The notes under the pieces: model-generated
What the model saw: the letters and a program-made list of their open reading frames with translations, nothing else
What the model was told of the DNA's origin: nothing
Database searches by the model: none
Part shown: positions 49,825 to 63,435 of the stretch, piece by piece
Layout of the letters: each line of letters begins with the position of its first letter
Position numbering within the stretch: position 1 is the stretch's first letter
Position numbers and translations under genes: made by a program
DNA from: Mobula hypostoma
Taxonomy: Eukaryota
Direction of reading: 5' to 3'
NCBI RefSeq assembly: GCF_963921235.1
Contig: NC_086118.1
Span: 26,476,001 to 26,540,000 of the forward strand
Length of the DNA stretch: 64,000 bases

Positions 49825-50750
49825 ATATAGAACACATGACAGGACACCACAGGAACAGGCCCATCTGCCATGCCTGTGTCCATCATGACGCCAATCTAAA
49901 CTACTGCCATCTGCTATTTCCCTCTCTTCCCTGCCTGATAATGAATCTGTCTAAATGCCTATTAAAATCTTGCTTCCACCATCTCCATTGGCCACACATT
50001 CCAGGCACTTAGTTTTCTTTGTGTGAAAAAAAAACTTAAACTCACAACTCCCTTTTAAACTTCCCTCCTCACCTCAAAACTCTGCCCTCCAGTATATGAC
50101 AATGACCTTTTCAATCCCATGAAAAATACCTTACCTTCCTTACCTAGGCCTTTCCGGTCTATCAGGTTGCCCCTCAGTCTCTGACACTGCAGTAAAAACA
50201 ATCCAAGTTTGGACAACCTTTCTTTATAGCATATACATTCCAAAACAGGTGATATCTTGGTGAGTCTTCTCTCCACCTTGTCCAAAATCTGGACATCTTT
50301 CCTATAGTGTGAGGGAAGAACTATATGCAATACTCCAAACGTGGTCCACCGAAGTTTCTTGCAGCTGCAATGCAACTTCCTTGCTTTTCTGTCTAATTCC
50401 CCGACTGATGAAAGCAAATGTGCCTTACAGCTTCTTTATCACTCTATCCACTTGTGTTGCCGCTTTCAGAGAGCTGTCGATGTGTCACAAGATCTCTCTG
50501 CATATCTGGGCTCTTCAGTATCCTACCCTTTCCTTATAATTGCATCTTGCATTTGACCTCCTAATCACAACATCCTACAGTTGTCTGGATCATATACCAT
50601 CTGCCATTTCTGCACCCAAATTTCCATCTGAGTTATATCCTGCTATATCTTTGACAACCTTCTTTACAACTCCACCAGTTTTTTTGTGTCATTTCTATTG
50701 TTACTAATTAGACCACCTACATTTTCAATCATACCATTTATAAATATCAC
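49825..50750 (-). mobile_element. CR1-clade LINE 3' fragment
   Basis: Minus strand SHYRKDVQILDKVERRLTKISP...YKERLSKLGLFLLQCQRLRGNLI; 3' end near 49825. Confidence 0.8.
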
Positions 50751-52214
50751 AAATGATGCTCTTTGCACGTCTAACACCTGACACTGAAAAACTCAAAGCC
50801 TTGTCAAGGGAAGAGAAAGATAGAGGGAGAAAAGCTTCCAAGGGTTTGTTCAAAGCTGCAGCATCCTCACCAGCCTCTGTGGAAATCACAAGCCCATGCT
50901 CTCTCAAAGTGGAAAAGGAGCGTTCAAGGTGATCCTGAGAACCTTGAGTTTGAGTCTCAGAAACTGCCCAGCACAGATGGCAGAAGAAACACATCACCTC
51001 ATAAATTATCCACTTGCTCGTTCACTCAGGCATTTGCTGGCCTGTTTCTGGCAGCATCCATGGGACCCACATTGGGCCCATGTGTTACCTCAGAATATCT
51101 AATACCAGAAGGGAACAATCCTACTCAATCCCTTCAGGAAGTATTTCACAAGGGATAAAAAAGGTGCTAAATGGTTCAATTTAGAAATACAATATATTAT
51201 TAAATCATTATTTAGACTTTCAGGAGCACCCTGTAGCCATCACCATTAAATCAATACAAAAAGTATTTCTGTTTAACCAAGAGAAACAAGGCCAAGAGCC
51301 AACTTCATTTGCAACCATAATACACCGCCGTGGCCAAGAAACTGAAGCCAGGTTTCAAGGATCTTTGAACACAACTCTTCTGCCAGCTGACTATAGACAT
51401 TAATCAGAAGCTCAATGACCAGACTGCCTTCAATTTTCTGACTTTACAAGAAAACAGCTGCTCTCCACTTAACACTGCCCCCAGTGAAGTTAACTGAAAA
51501 CTCAATCAGGATCAGAACAGGAGGTTAAATCAACTCTTTTCTCTCAGTACTGTTAAGATAACTAGTTTAAGTATTCCTCTACCCAAGGAAACAGCTTTTC
51601 TTGCTTTGGTGAGAAATACAGAATGACTTCCAAGGATAAAATGATCTAATCTATTTGGCACTTCTCGCCTATGTGGGAGTTCAAATCCAATTTGGTTTCT
51701 TTATTAAAAAGTCTACAATCACAGTCTGAACCCTATTAAGTATATAATGTATAGACCTAAACAGAGAGAAAATAGTGTGATTTACTTAATATTGTTCAAA
51801 CAGACAGTAGGAACAGACATGAAGATATATGGCTTCCTGTTCTGAAAATTTCTATGATATTATCTCCTGCCAGATACACACTTATGTTCTCTTGTGAGTT
51901 GGTTTGTAATCTCTCCTGCTATTCCAATAGAGAAGGCATTCATTACTGCAACTATTTTCTACAGTGGGAGGTTTGCTTCATATCCAGATTCTAGGAGGGG
52001 TCCAATTGCAAGAGTTTAGGGTAAACGAGTCATCTATTTTTCATCCAATAGTGAATAATTCTGCACCTTCTCCTCCAAAAGGAAAAAAATAATTATTACT
52101 ATGAAGCTTCGAAAGACGTTCCTCTGATTAGGAGTTATCTTTTAACTTACAGTCACTAATTTGATAACATTAGTCATGAGTTGTGAGTGTGGGATCACCA
52201 TCTACCAAGGAAAT

Positions 52215-52440
52215 TGAAGGAACTCATTCATGACCCCAGTTGCAAGTTCCCTGGTTTGCAGTTGCCTCAAGAGATATGGGTGGTTTTAAACAGAATCCAA
52301 ACAGGACATGGACGTATAAGTGGCACTTCAAATCCTCCTCTGCAGTGCTGGGGTCAAACAATGGGTAATATTATCACATCCTGATACCCATAAAAATTCA
52401 GACTTTGAAGTACTTAACATAGAGATCAATCACAGAATTA
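52215..52440 (+). mobile_element. Ingi/Vingi-like LINE C-terminal remnant
   Basis: DPSCKFPGLQLPQEIWVVLNRIQTGHGR...QCWGQTMGNII resembles the PG.xLP..W..LNR.RTG.GR motif preceding the C-terminal knuckle in Ingi/Vingi elements. Confidence 0.5.
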
Positions 52441-52556
52441 CTTGTCACATGTGCAACCAGATCCAGGTGGGATTCTGAGAGTCCACTTGTATAAAATTAA
52501 CTGCTCAAAAATAAAGACATCTTTAATCTTCTCAAAAGGATCTTCTGTGTTGCATT

Positions 52557-52589
52557 AGAGAGAGAGAGAGAGAGAGAAAGAAAGAAAAA
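52557..52589. repeat. (AG)n/(AAAG)n microsatellite
   Basis: agagagagagagagagagagagaaagaaagaaaa. Confidence 0.9.
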
Positions 52590-53589
52590 GTTAAAAAAGT
52601 TACACAACTATACTTAAGTTTTGAAATTCACCCTTGGCAGCAACCAATATCTTCGGCCTATTGTTGACTCGCATTTAAACAACTTGCTTCTTTAACACAC
52701 AGCCTGAGAATTATAAGGCAAATACCAATTATTTTCACTCCACAGATAAATCATTTTATAACTTCCTACTATAAAATCCCCCAGTTCATGAACAAATCAA
52801 AACATTCAATTTTATCAAAACCAGCTGAACCAAACACCACCTTGTTAAATCACTTGCTCAAACGAACGGAGTATTTTATAAAGATAAAATTTCTGGCTGG
52901 CATCACCAAATGAATAAACAAATTTGAAGTGAACTGAATTTTGTTCAACAGTTGAATGATAACTGGTATACATTAATTCTCAATCCCCGTATTTTTCAGT
53001 TGAAATTAAAAACTTCAACAAAAAAAGCTTACTTATCTGAAACAAACAGAAGTTTTTGAAGGAAATGATTCGAAACATCAGCTTAAAGTTTAGGAAATGT
53101 ATATGAGGTAGTAAGATTTCATTCTTAAAAAACTGCAGTAACTACTTTTTTTTCCTGAATGGATGGAAAAGCAGCCACAATCCCCTTTTGTGCAGCTGTA
53201 ACAGAAGAAGACACGATTCACTCTAAGATGCATTTATAAAATTCTACTTATATTTTGACAATTTGATAACTCCCTTGAAGCAAAACCATTTTGGACTCCA
53301 AAAACACTACATTTTACTGCACTGAATTGGCATGCAATTGTTTATAGAATACAATCTTCATTTCAGTCCACAGCGTGTTCAGTCCTTCAACAGAATTAAT
53401 GAAGTTTTATTGAACCAGACTTTTCAATCTTCCAAGCTTAAATCTCACATTTACATTGATTCACCTTTTTCCTCCATTTCATTTTACATAGGCTAGAATT
53501 CCAGTTTGGATGTTGATGTTACAAGATTTAAAAGAAGAAAGGAGGCACAGGAAAAAAGAAGCTTACTTTGTTTCTTCCACAATCAGTCC

Positions 53590-54560
53590 CACATATCCTC
53601 AATTCCACCTAGTTACTCTCCATAACCTCAATCCCACCTAGATACTCTGTGTAACCTCAGTTCCACCTGGTTACTCTCATATCCTCAATCCCACCTGGTT
53701 ACTCTCGTAATCTCAATCCCACCTGGTTACTCTCGTATCCTCAATCCCACCTGGATACTCTCGTATCTTCAAACACACCTGGTTACTCTCGTATCCTCAA
53801 TCCCACCTGGTTAAACTCGTATCCTCAATTCCACCTGGATACTCTTGTATCCTCAATCCCACCTGCATACTCTTGTATCCTCAATCCCACCTGGTTAAAC
53901 TCGTATTCTCAATCCCACCTGGTTACTCTTTTATCCTCAATCCCACCTGGATACTCTTGTATCCTCAATCCCACCTGGATACTCTTGTATCCTCAATCCC
54001 ACCTGGTTACTCTTTTATCCTCAATCCCACCTGGATACTCTGGTATCCTCAATCCCACCTGGATACTCTTGTATCCTCAATCCCACCTGGTTACTCTTTT
54101 ATCCTCAATCCCACCTGTATACTCTTGTATCCTCAATCACACCTGGCTACTCTCGTGTCCTCAATCCCACCTGGATACTCTCATATCCTCGTTCCCACCT
54201 GGATACTCTTGTATCCTCAATCCCACCTGGATACTCTCGTATCCTCAATCCCACCTGGTTAAACTTGTATCCTCAATCCCACCTGGTTACTCTTGAATCC
54301 CACCTGGATATTCTTGTATCCTCAATCCCACCTGGTTACTCTTGAATCCCACCTGGATATTCTCGTATCCTCAATCCCACCTGGATACTCTCGTATCCTC
54401 AATCACACCTGGATACTCTCATATCCTCAATCCCACCTAGTTAAACTTGTATCCTCAATCCCACCTGGTTACTCTCGTATCCTCAATCCCACCTGGATAC
54501 TCTCGTATCCTTAATCCCACCTAGTTAAACTTGTATCCTCAATCCCACCTGGTTAAACTC
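53590..54560. repeat. Minisatellite, 28-bp unit with 26- and 21-bp variants, about 35 copies
   Basis: Unit TCCTCAATCCCACCTGG(A/T)TACTCT(C/T)GTA; variants ...GGTTAAACT(C/T)GTA and ...GGTTACTCTTGAATCCC. Confidence 0.95.
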
Positions 54561-55370
54561 ATTTTCTCTACAGTTCAAATCATCTCACATCTTCCACTTC
54601 ATTATCTGTCTCAGCAGACATTTGCTCCATTCTAGCATGAACTTATTCTGAAAGTATTTCTTACCCCCATACAGCCCAATGATTAGAAATTATAACAGCA
54701 GTAACTTGGCCTGGGCCGAGCAGCAAGTTGTTAAGTGATGTTGGTTTCTTCTGGGCTCAATGAAAGCAGCTTACAAACATCCAGTCACATCCACTTTCTG
54801 CCAACCCCAAAGGACCCATGGCATCCTGCATCTCCGATGCCATCCGCTCAGAGCCGATTACAGAATATGGATGGGTAACACATCAGCTCAAACAACCTGT
54901 TCTGTAAGTGCTCTACAGACCATGAAGACGGTTACACAGATACAAGAAAAGGTGGCAGTCACTGAAAATAAATGCATTTGAGCAGATTGTAATCTACATG
55001 AATTAGTTTAATATTTTGGAACCAGAGGTTTTCCTGAATTGTAATCTGGGTTTAGTACAACATAACCTACATATTCCTTAGGCAAAAAAGTGTAAAAACT
55101 TAGTGGGTATCTGACAGGAAGAATATATTGCAAATTTCTCCTCACATCTTGACAGATCACCTATCTCCCTTGAATACACTTTAGGAAGCTGGGAAGCCAT
55201 GCACTCTGTCAAGAGGCACAGTTTCACAGCAGGAAATCACTGAGAATAACTTCAGAATTTCTGCATGTTCACTCTCTCTGTGCTGCCATCCGTTTGATGC
55301 CCTTTCATGGCTACAGTGACAGTTCTGTCATCATTACAACTACAAAACCCATCATATCTGTCTATACAAT

Positions 55371-57525
55371 ACACACAATGTGCTGGAGGAGCTCAGCAGG
55401 TCAGGCAGCATCTATGGATAGGAGTAAACAGTCAACATTTCGGGCTGAGACCCTTCATCGGGACGAGAAAGGAAGGGGAAAGAAGTTGGAATAAGGTGGT
55501 AGGGGGAGGGGAGGAGGAAGTACAAAGTGGTAGGTGACCGGTGAAACCGGGAGAGGGGGAGGGGTGAAGTAAGGAGCTGGAAAGTTGATTGGTGAAAGAG
55601 ATAAAGGGCTGGAAAAGGAGGAATCTAATAGGAGATGACAGAAGACCGTGGAAGAAAGGGAAGGGGGAGAAGCACCTAAGGGAGGTGATGGGCAAGTAAG
55701 GAGGTGTGAGTGGGAAAGTGGAATGGGGAACGGCAAAGGAGATGAGCAGGGGGCAATTACCAGAAGTTCGAGAAATCAACGCTCATGCCATCAATCTGGA
55801 GCTATCTGGATGGAATATAAGGTATTGCTCCTCCAACCTGAGTGTGGCCTCATCGTGCCAGTAGAGGCGGCCATGGACTGACATGTCGGAATGGGAATGG
55901 GAAGTAAAATTGAAATGGGTGGCCACTGGGAATTCCCTCTTTTTGTGATGGATGGAGCAAAGGTGCTCGACAGAGCGGTCTCCCAATGTATGTCAGGTCT
56001 CACTGTCATACAGGAGGCCACACCCCAAGCTCTGGATACAGTGGATGGCCCAACAGACTTGCAGTTAAAGTGCTGCCTCATTTGGAACAGCCCATGATCC
56101 AAACCTACACTGGCATCACTTCCCCAACTCTTCCTGTGCTACACTGATGACTGTATTGGTCCTGCACCCAAAAAGAGCTCATCAATTTCATCAACTTTCC
56201 CTGCAACTTCCACCCTGCCCTCAAATTAACTTAGCCCATTTCTGACACCTCTCTCCCCCTTCTCGATCGCTCTGTCTCCATCTCTGGAGTTAGTACATCT
56301 ATTTAAATATTTTATAGCTATCTTGACTATCCCTCTTCCCACACTGTGAAGTCTCAATTCCTCCGACTAGGCTGCCTCTGTTCTCAGGATGAGATGTCCT
56401 CCTGCTTCAAAGAAAGAGGCTTGCCTTCCTCCACCATCAACACAGCCCTCACCTGCATCTTTTCCTTTTCGCACTCATCCACCCTCACTCCCACTGCCAC
56501 ACCAGGGATAGGAATCCTCTTGTCATCACCTACCACCCTACCAGCCTCCACATCCAGCTCGTAATTCTCTGCAACTTCCTCCACTTCCAATCCCACCACC
56601 AAAATCATCTCCCCCACACCCCCCTCCCACTTTCTGCAGGGATCACTCCTTTTGCGATTACCTTGCCCACTCATCTCTCCCTACTGAACTCCCTCTGAGC
56701 ATTTATCCTTGCAAGTGGAACAAGTGCTACACCTGCCCCTACACCTCCTTCATTCAGCCCCGAAACAGTCCTTCCAGATGAGGCGACACTTTATCTGAGA
56801 GTCTATTGGGGTGATCTACTGTATCCAGTGCTCCCGGTGTGGCCTCCTGTATATCAGTGAGACCTGATGTAGACTGGGAGACCGTTTCATCGAGCACCTT
56901 TACTCTGTCCACCACAAAAAGAGAAAATTCCAGTGGCCACCCATTTCAAGTCTACTTCCCATTCCGACATGTCAGACCATGGCCTCTCCCACTGCCACAA
57001 TGAGGCCACATTCAGGTTGGAGGAGCAGCACCTTATATGTCGTCTGCATAGCCTCCAACCTGCTGGTATGAATTTCTCAAACTTCCAGCAATTTCCCCCC
57101 ACTCACCACCTTCACCATTCCCCATTCTTGTTTCCTTCTGACACCGTCTCTTCTTATCTGCCCATCATTTCCCACTGTTGATCCTCCCCCTTCCCTTTCT
57201 TCCATGGTTTTCTACCCTTTCCTATCAGATTCCCCCTTCTCCAGCCCTTTTATCTCTTTCACCAATCAACTTCCCATCTCTTTACTTCACCCCCTAAAAC
57301 TCTCCCGGTTTCACCTAACACCTGCCGCCTTGTAATTCTTCCTCCTTTCTCCCCATTTTCTTATTCCAACTTCTTTCCCCTTCCTTTCCAGTCCTGATGA
57401 AGGGTCTCAGCCCAAAATGTCAACTGTTTATTCCCATCCATCGATGCTGCCAGACCTGCTGAGCTCCTCCAGCACATTATGTGAGTTGCTCTAGATTTCC
57501 AGCATCTGCAGTACCTCTTGCGTGT
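55371..57525. mobile_element. Older Neptune-type PLE with inverted 5' arm (asymmetric palindrome)
   Basis: 55371-~56090 is a minus-strand pLTR plus GIY-YIG remnant. ~56095-57525 on the plus strand has an RT remnant (tacactgatgactgtattggt, a YIDD-like motif), Cys linker YPCKWNKCYTCPY, GIY-YIG and pLTR. Possible decayed TSD 55356-55370 / 57526-57540 (11 of 15 match). Confidence 0.88.
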
Positions 57526-58480
57526 ATGTATTTATACTATCCTGCAGGATGTCCTGTAAATATTGACCTCTGGAAGACTGTCAGCAAAAACAATCAGGCA
57601 CTGAAGAAAGCATTGATCTGATAACAGATCAGGTGACCCAGGCAAGCCCAGGAATGCCTTTCCGGAATCCTGTAAATCCTTTGCCTGACACTATGCAGAT
57701 TAACAGTAGCTTTCAATCAGCAATATTTTAAGAGTCATGTGTAGTGCTGCTTTGTCCTTGTTTGCTGATTTATTGCTTATGTTTGCGATTTTTCCACGTG
57801 TGCATACCTTGCACGTTTGCCCTTGGCTCCAATCTTGCAGGGCACACACAAATGCTGCATCTGGTCCCTGGAGAGCAATAGGCAGTTGCTCTCAATCTCT
57901 GAAAACAATTCTCTTTGTAGTTCATCTAACTCATTGCAACAGAAAATAGTAACTTGGGACTGTGTGCCTCTGTGTGGAAGAGTGTCATATTTCCTTTCCG
58001 AGGCAGCATTCTAGTGCTACGGTAATCAAGTACCAGTTTATTGGCTTACGATAACGAATTTAAGAGGGCTAATTCTTACTATCACGTTACTTTATCAATG
58101 CCAAAGGCTGTTTTCTCCTTTTATTGCACCCACAAGCATGACTTGGCTGAACACTCTCAATGGCATCCATCCACTATTTGTTAAGAATAATGGTATCTTC
58201 CCAGTTGTCACTTTCAATGATTATGACAAACCTTCTCCAACTTGTAAACAAATTTTAATAAATGAGTGTAATTTTCATTTCATCATCTGACGAAGCCCAC
58301 ACTCCTACCTACCTCACTCATTTCTTTGTCGTAACTGTTAAAGGAACTACAGCATTGAGGAAGCCCTTTACAATTGAAGAATTCTTTCTGATGCGACAAA
58401 AACCAAAGTCCCAGCTGTCCGGGTAGGAATAAAACATCTTCATTGAACTATTTCAGACAGCAGTAGATGATAATGGAGGA

Positions 58481-59140
58481 GAAGATGGTGGCACGACGGC
58501 AGCGCGCGCGGCCACTTCGGTGGTGTTGTCTGGTATCTGTCACGTAGGGGACCGTGCACAATTCTGATTTGATGGAGACGGACGTCAGAGTACAGAGGAA
58601 CATCTGGAAAACTTCTGAAATGCCCACTTCGCTGCCGTTGCGACTGTGTGGTAACTGGAATCTCCGGAGCAGAAGGCCCCAAAATCCTCGGCTTTGCATG
58701 TTTCAGCGATGGGGTGAGGCCGAAGGCGCTCGGGAGGCTGTATCGGAGATGCTGGTCGGAAGCTCAAAGTTCTTGGACGGATGGACTCAGTATCGGCTGT
58801 GGTCAGCTGCTTCTAAGGCATCGGCAAGTTGACAGTGCCTGGAGGTTTATGGCAGGGAGTTTCTCCCTTTTGCCGCCTGCTATCGGGGACTCGGGAGTCA
58901 ATCGACTCGGGGACTTTTGAGACTTTATTTACCGTGCCCATGGTTTGTTCTTCATCAAATTATGGTATTGCTTTGCACTGCTGTAACTATGTTATAATTA
59001 TGTGGTTCTGTCAGTGTTAGTCTTTGGTTTGTCCTGTTTTCTTTGATATCACTCCAGAGAAACATTGTATCATTTCTTAATGCATGTATGCATTTCTAAA
59101 TGATGATAAAAGAGGACTGAGTGTTCTCATAATCTAATCT
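58481..59140 (+). mobile_element. Young non-autonomous retroposon (SINE-like) with a LINE-type tail
   Basis: CpG-rich 5' part starting gaagatggtggc (YY1-like AAGATGG), AT-rich 3' part, ataaaa and (aatct)n tail; no ORF. Confidence 0.7.
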
Positions 59141-62100
59141 ACTGTTGCCTTTCCAATAAAGACCTCGTAATAATTATCTGGTCATTATCAAATTACGATA
59201 TGTGGGAAGTCTGTATGTAATGTTGGTAGTAGATGACCAAGTAATCTCCCTGTCAAACAGGTTTGTGTCTTCACTTACTTTATGCACATAATTTATTAGA
59301 ATCAGTTCATTATTAATGATATACAACATGAAATTGAACAACCATCCTCCAACTCATAGCATTTTGTTCTGAATAAAATTATCCTGCTCTTATTAGTAGA
59401 AGTTTTGGTAGTTCCTTTTTTCTCTATCCTTGAAGATAGAGTTTTCTAGTGCCCTGTAGTTGGTCTAAAGTAGATAATTTGCAGTGCTAACTTGATTACC
59501 ATAATTACTCCTATATTGCCTCACTGGTTACACATAGCAAATATTTCATTGACTTTAAAGATCTTTGGTTCATCCTGTCCTAGTAAAATCCAAGATCAGA
59601 GCAGCAATGATTGTACTGAATGGCAGAATTGGTATTCCTCTTCCTATTTTACATCATCTTATCTCTTCTGAAAGTGGAAACAACTTCTTCAAGCATATCT
59701 TACCAAACCCTTCTGAAAAGCTGCTGATCACTATCAAGTCAGCCCCAGTTCCCTGCTTTTTGCAGAGAAGAATTTAGTTTGTTTATCACTTCCTAGCCTG
59801 TACACAGAGAAAAGTCTAAAATTTTGGAAACTGGTTTCTTCAGCTACACACATTTAAAAAAAAATTCATAATGAACAAAACTACACAACAAATTTGACAA
59901 GCCACATCCAATCTTAAGTTATTTTCATGCATGTGCCTCAAATTTCATGTCAGATGCACATCAAATGGAATTATTCTCCTCGTAGGCACTACCTCGAGAA
60001 TTTGCGCACTTCGTTCCAAAACGAACCCATCCATTGTGCCTTCCTGGAACAACCAGGTGTTCAACAATGAAATACCTGAGGTTAATCCCATTACTTCACC
60101 TCCTCTTCTTTGTGAACTTAGTCCTACTACATCAACATTTTCCTTCCAACTCCAACACCAGTCTGCCTCACTGACCTCCACCTTCTAAACCTCAGGCTTG
60201 CCCAAGCCCTGAACATTTCCTCCACACACAATAATATGTGCCCAGTTGCCATTACCACTTTTGCCATTAGAAATCCCCTTGACTCCAGATGTTCAACAAC
60301 CAGCTGGCCTTCAAATCATCCCTCCAAGCCCATGTTTATCCAGCCCTCACTACTCCTCCCTCATCTTTGCTTGACACATTTTAATTTGTGTGCTGCGAGG
60401 TAACTGTGTTCGAAGTCATCAGAGCAACAGTGAAGCTGGGGAAATAGAAGACTTTACTCATCATAACAAACAGGCATTTTTCTGAAAACACTCAGTAGAG
60501 GCTCACAAACCCAAAAGTATATAACGTTTTTACATCCTTAAAATCAAAGGTAATCGCAGGTAATTCAATGCAGTTACAATGACATCATTTAGTTCAATGT
60601 TTTGGGGTGGTAATGCTTCCTTCGAATTACCTTTCTACAGTGGGAGACACCTCTGAATGTTCAAGCACACCTGGTGGGACAAACTCATTGAATGTCTAAA
60701 AGTTTCTGAAGTCAGAAATCCCAGACACCCAAATTTAATGTTGTCAGGGCTGTCTCTGAGTATACAATATGGTAAGTATACAAAAAAACTATTGATTCCC
60801 TGCATCTGTGACCATGTTTGATATGCTAAGTGACAATATCTATCTGGCCTGCCAGCTTGAACTCAAGCCACAATAGTACAAATAACTTAGCTCATGTTGC
60901 CTGCTTTGATGCAGACCAATTAACAGAGCCATGTTGTCTTAATGTTTGGCAGATGTATCTGCAAACATCTCACAGTCACTATTTTGTAAGGCATATCTCT
61001 TAGCCTGTGGGCAGCCTGTGCTCCACAGACAGTGCATAGGCATGTTTTTATCTTCAATTTACTGCTTGCAATTCACAATCCACATTAAAAGCTGAAGACT
61101 GGTTCTTGTTTCAATTAATATCTTCTATATTCACATAGCTCCAGAATACTCCCTAACATGCTGTGCAGGGCATCAAGTGTCTAATGACAATTCTGCGTCT
61201 CACAGTGCTTGGCAATCAGACAGTCAAAGCAGTTGTTGGTGTCCTCTAAATTGGATTTTAGAGAACATACAACAGTTTCTACACCTGCGAGTCTTGCATT
61301 TAAATAGGGTACTCCAAATTCCAAACAAAAACTTATACAGTCAGTGAGGTATTTCTGAAGGACAGCCACTATAATAATGTCAGTCCTCATAAACATAGAC
61401 AGAATCAGACTCAGCAATGATTGTTTCGTTACAATCATCAATTACTTTGCTGCCAGATATTGTCAAGCTTGTCAATATGAATCATGTTTATGTGAGGCAA
61501 GAAGTGAAGGTATGCAAATGATCCGAAAAATCATATCTTTACCTCAATCTTTTGGGTAGGCAAGGAAAACCTAAACAGTTTTCTATAATGTCATTACTTC
61601 CAAAACTGCTTCATTAAACATGGGGACTTACCGGTTTGCAAAATGAATGCATTCTCGATCTTCCCGCATTTTTCAAAGTCAAAGTAAATTTATTATCAAA
61701 GTACCTATATGTCACCATATACTATCTTAAGATACATTTTCATGCAAGCATTTATAAGAAAATGAAGAAATACAATAGAATTTATTAAAAACTATAAGTT
61801 TCTACATGATTTCATAACTAAAACCGATGTGCAAAAAGAGGACAAATTATGCAAATAAGACAGACATAAATAATACCAAGAACATGAGTTGTAGAGCCCA
61901 TTTATTTCTTTTAAACTCATAATTATGTTGACTTTGTTGAAAAGAAAGAGGAAAATCACTAAACTTTAAAATGTGTATTGAAAGATCAGAACCAAAGTTA
62001 ATTAACAAATGCTCCAGTAAGTTTCTACGTGATTTCCGACTGCTAGTAACATCTTTGGAAAAGGTAGTAATACAGTGTTGGGAAATGGATGTAATTAAAA

Positions 62101-62852
62101 AATAAATTTATATAAGAGAGGAACCAAATGTGATACCACAAATATTAAACAAGGGTTCCTATAAAAACTGTCAAAATTCCATCCTGAGGTTTAAAGGAGT
62201 GCAAACCAGCCGTAATGACCCATTTGATACCAGCGGAACAAGCAACATTATGACTAGTAAATCAAATACTTTTCTCAATTCTGCCACCTGGTTTCTGCCT
62301 TCTTCATTTTCTAGTTTGCTTGCATGGCTAAGTCTAAATTGTTATTGCAAAATAAATGGGTTTCTTCATTTTCCTTGGGAGTGTGTACTCTGCTTATAGG
62401 AAATGGTTGTTGAAAGTGAAACACGGACAAGCGTTTTACAGGGGGTAAAAATGTATTTTTAATTTCCAAGTGTATTTTAAATTTGGGTTTACCACAGTGG
62501 AATATGCAGTTTTTTTTTAAAAAAAGAAAATGCTTGCAGTTTGTGTCCCAGAGTACTGGCAGAAATAAATGGCTTAGGTACAAGTTTAAGAGTCTATAAC
62601 TAGTCTAAAACCTGAATATGAGAACTTCAGAAAGCATTTATTTCTTGACTCACTTAAGGAGTGGGGAGACAAATGTTATGGGAGGAAGGATGAGAGGCAG
62701 ATGCACTTGTAATTGAACATCCATTTTGTGATTTCTGCATTTAAAGATGCAAACACATCCAGCTGAGAACCCCAGAGGAAACTGTCGTGGCAGGCTCCAT
62801 TTCATTAAGCAGTCAATGAGAGTAGTGACTTCTCCCTTGAAGCTGACATACG

Positions 62853-63435
62853 TGTAACACGCTGTAAGGTTTCACTGCTAATGTAATTGCTTCTCTGTAA
62901 TGTTCCACTGCTGAGGTAATGGTTTCTCTGTAGCAGCAATGTTTGGGTTATGACTAGAGACAACGGGGCATGCTAGCCAATGAGCAGGATGTTGTTTTTC
63001 TTGTGTGTCTGGGAGCCGGGAATTCGCAGGGTTTTTTTGGTCGGGAGAGATGAGGACAGAAGACGTGAATGGAGAGAGTTGGTCGACCGCCAGATGGAGT
63101 GGACTTGCAGCGAGAGTCCGAAGGTCAGCGACGATCGGAGGAGGTTGATGGTGGACAAATGACCTTATCAGTGAGCTCCGCCCTTGCGCAATAGACTTGT
63201 TTCCTGAGAATGGGCCCATTTTCTTTTTTTCCCTTTACTAACCATATAGTCAAATTCAGAATTATAAAGCTCAATCATTTAATCGCATATTGCGTACTAT
63301 TTGTTATTTCGTGGTACGGATTTGTAACAGGGGACACATCACGCAGCATCCACCCAAACAAGATTTCTTAAGTTTAGCTGGGCCAAGGGCTATCACATCC
63401 TCTATATTAAGCTGCTAGCTGAAGTGAGAGTTACA
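62853..63435 (+). mobile_element. Solo LTR-like element
   Basis: TGTAAC ... GTTACA termini, CCAAT box (gctagccaatgag), pyrimidine tract and attataaa; no matching TSD found. Confidence 0.7.

Noticed and set aside
53590..54560. CRISPR-like array of 28-bp repeats, and repetitive ORFs 53873-54514
   Set aside because: Units are head-to-tail with no unique spacers, there are no cas genes and the context is eukaryotic; the ORFs are translations of the repeat.
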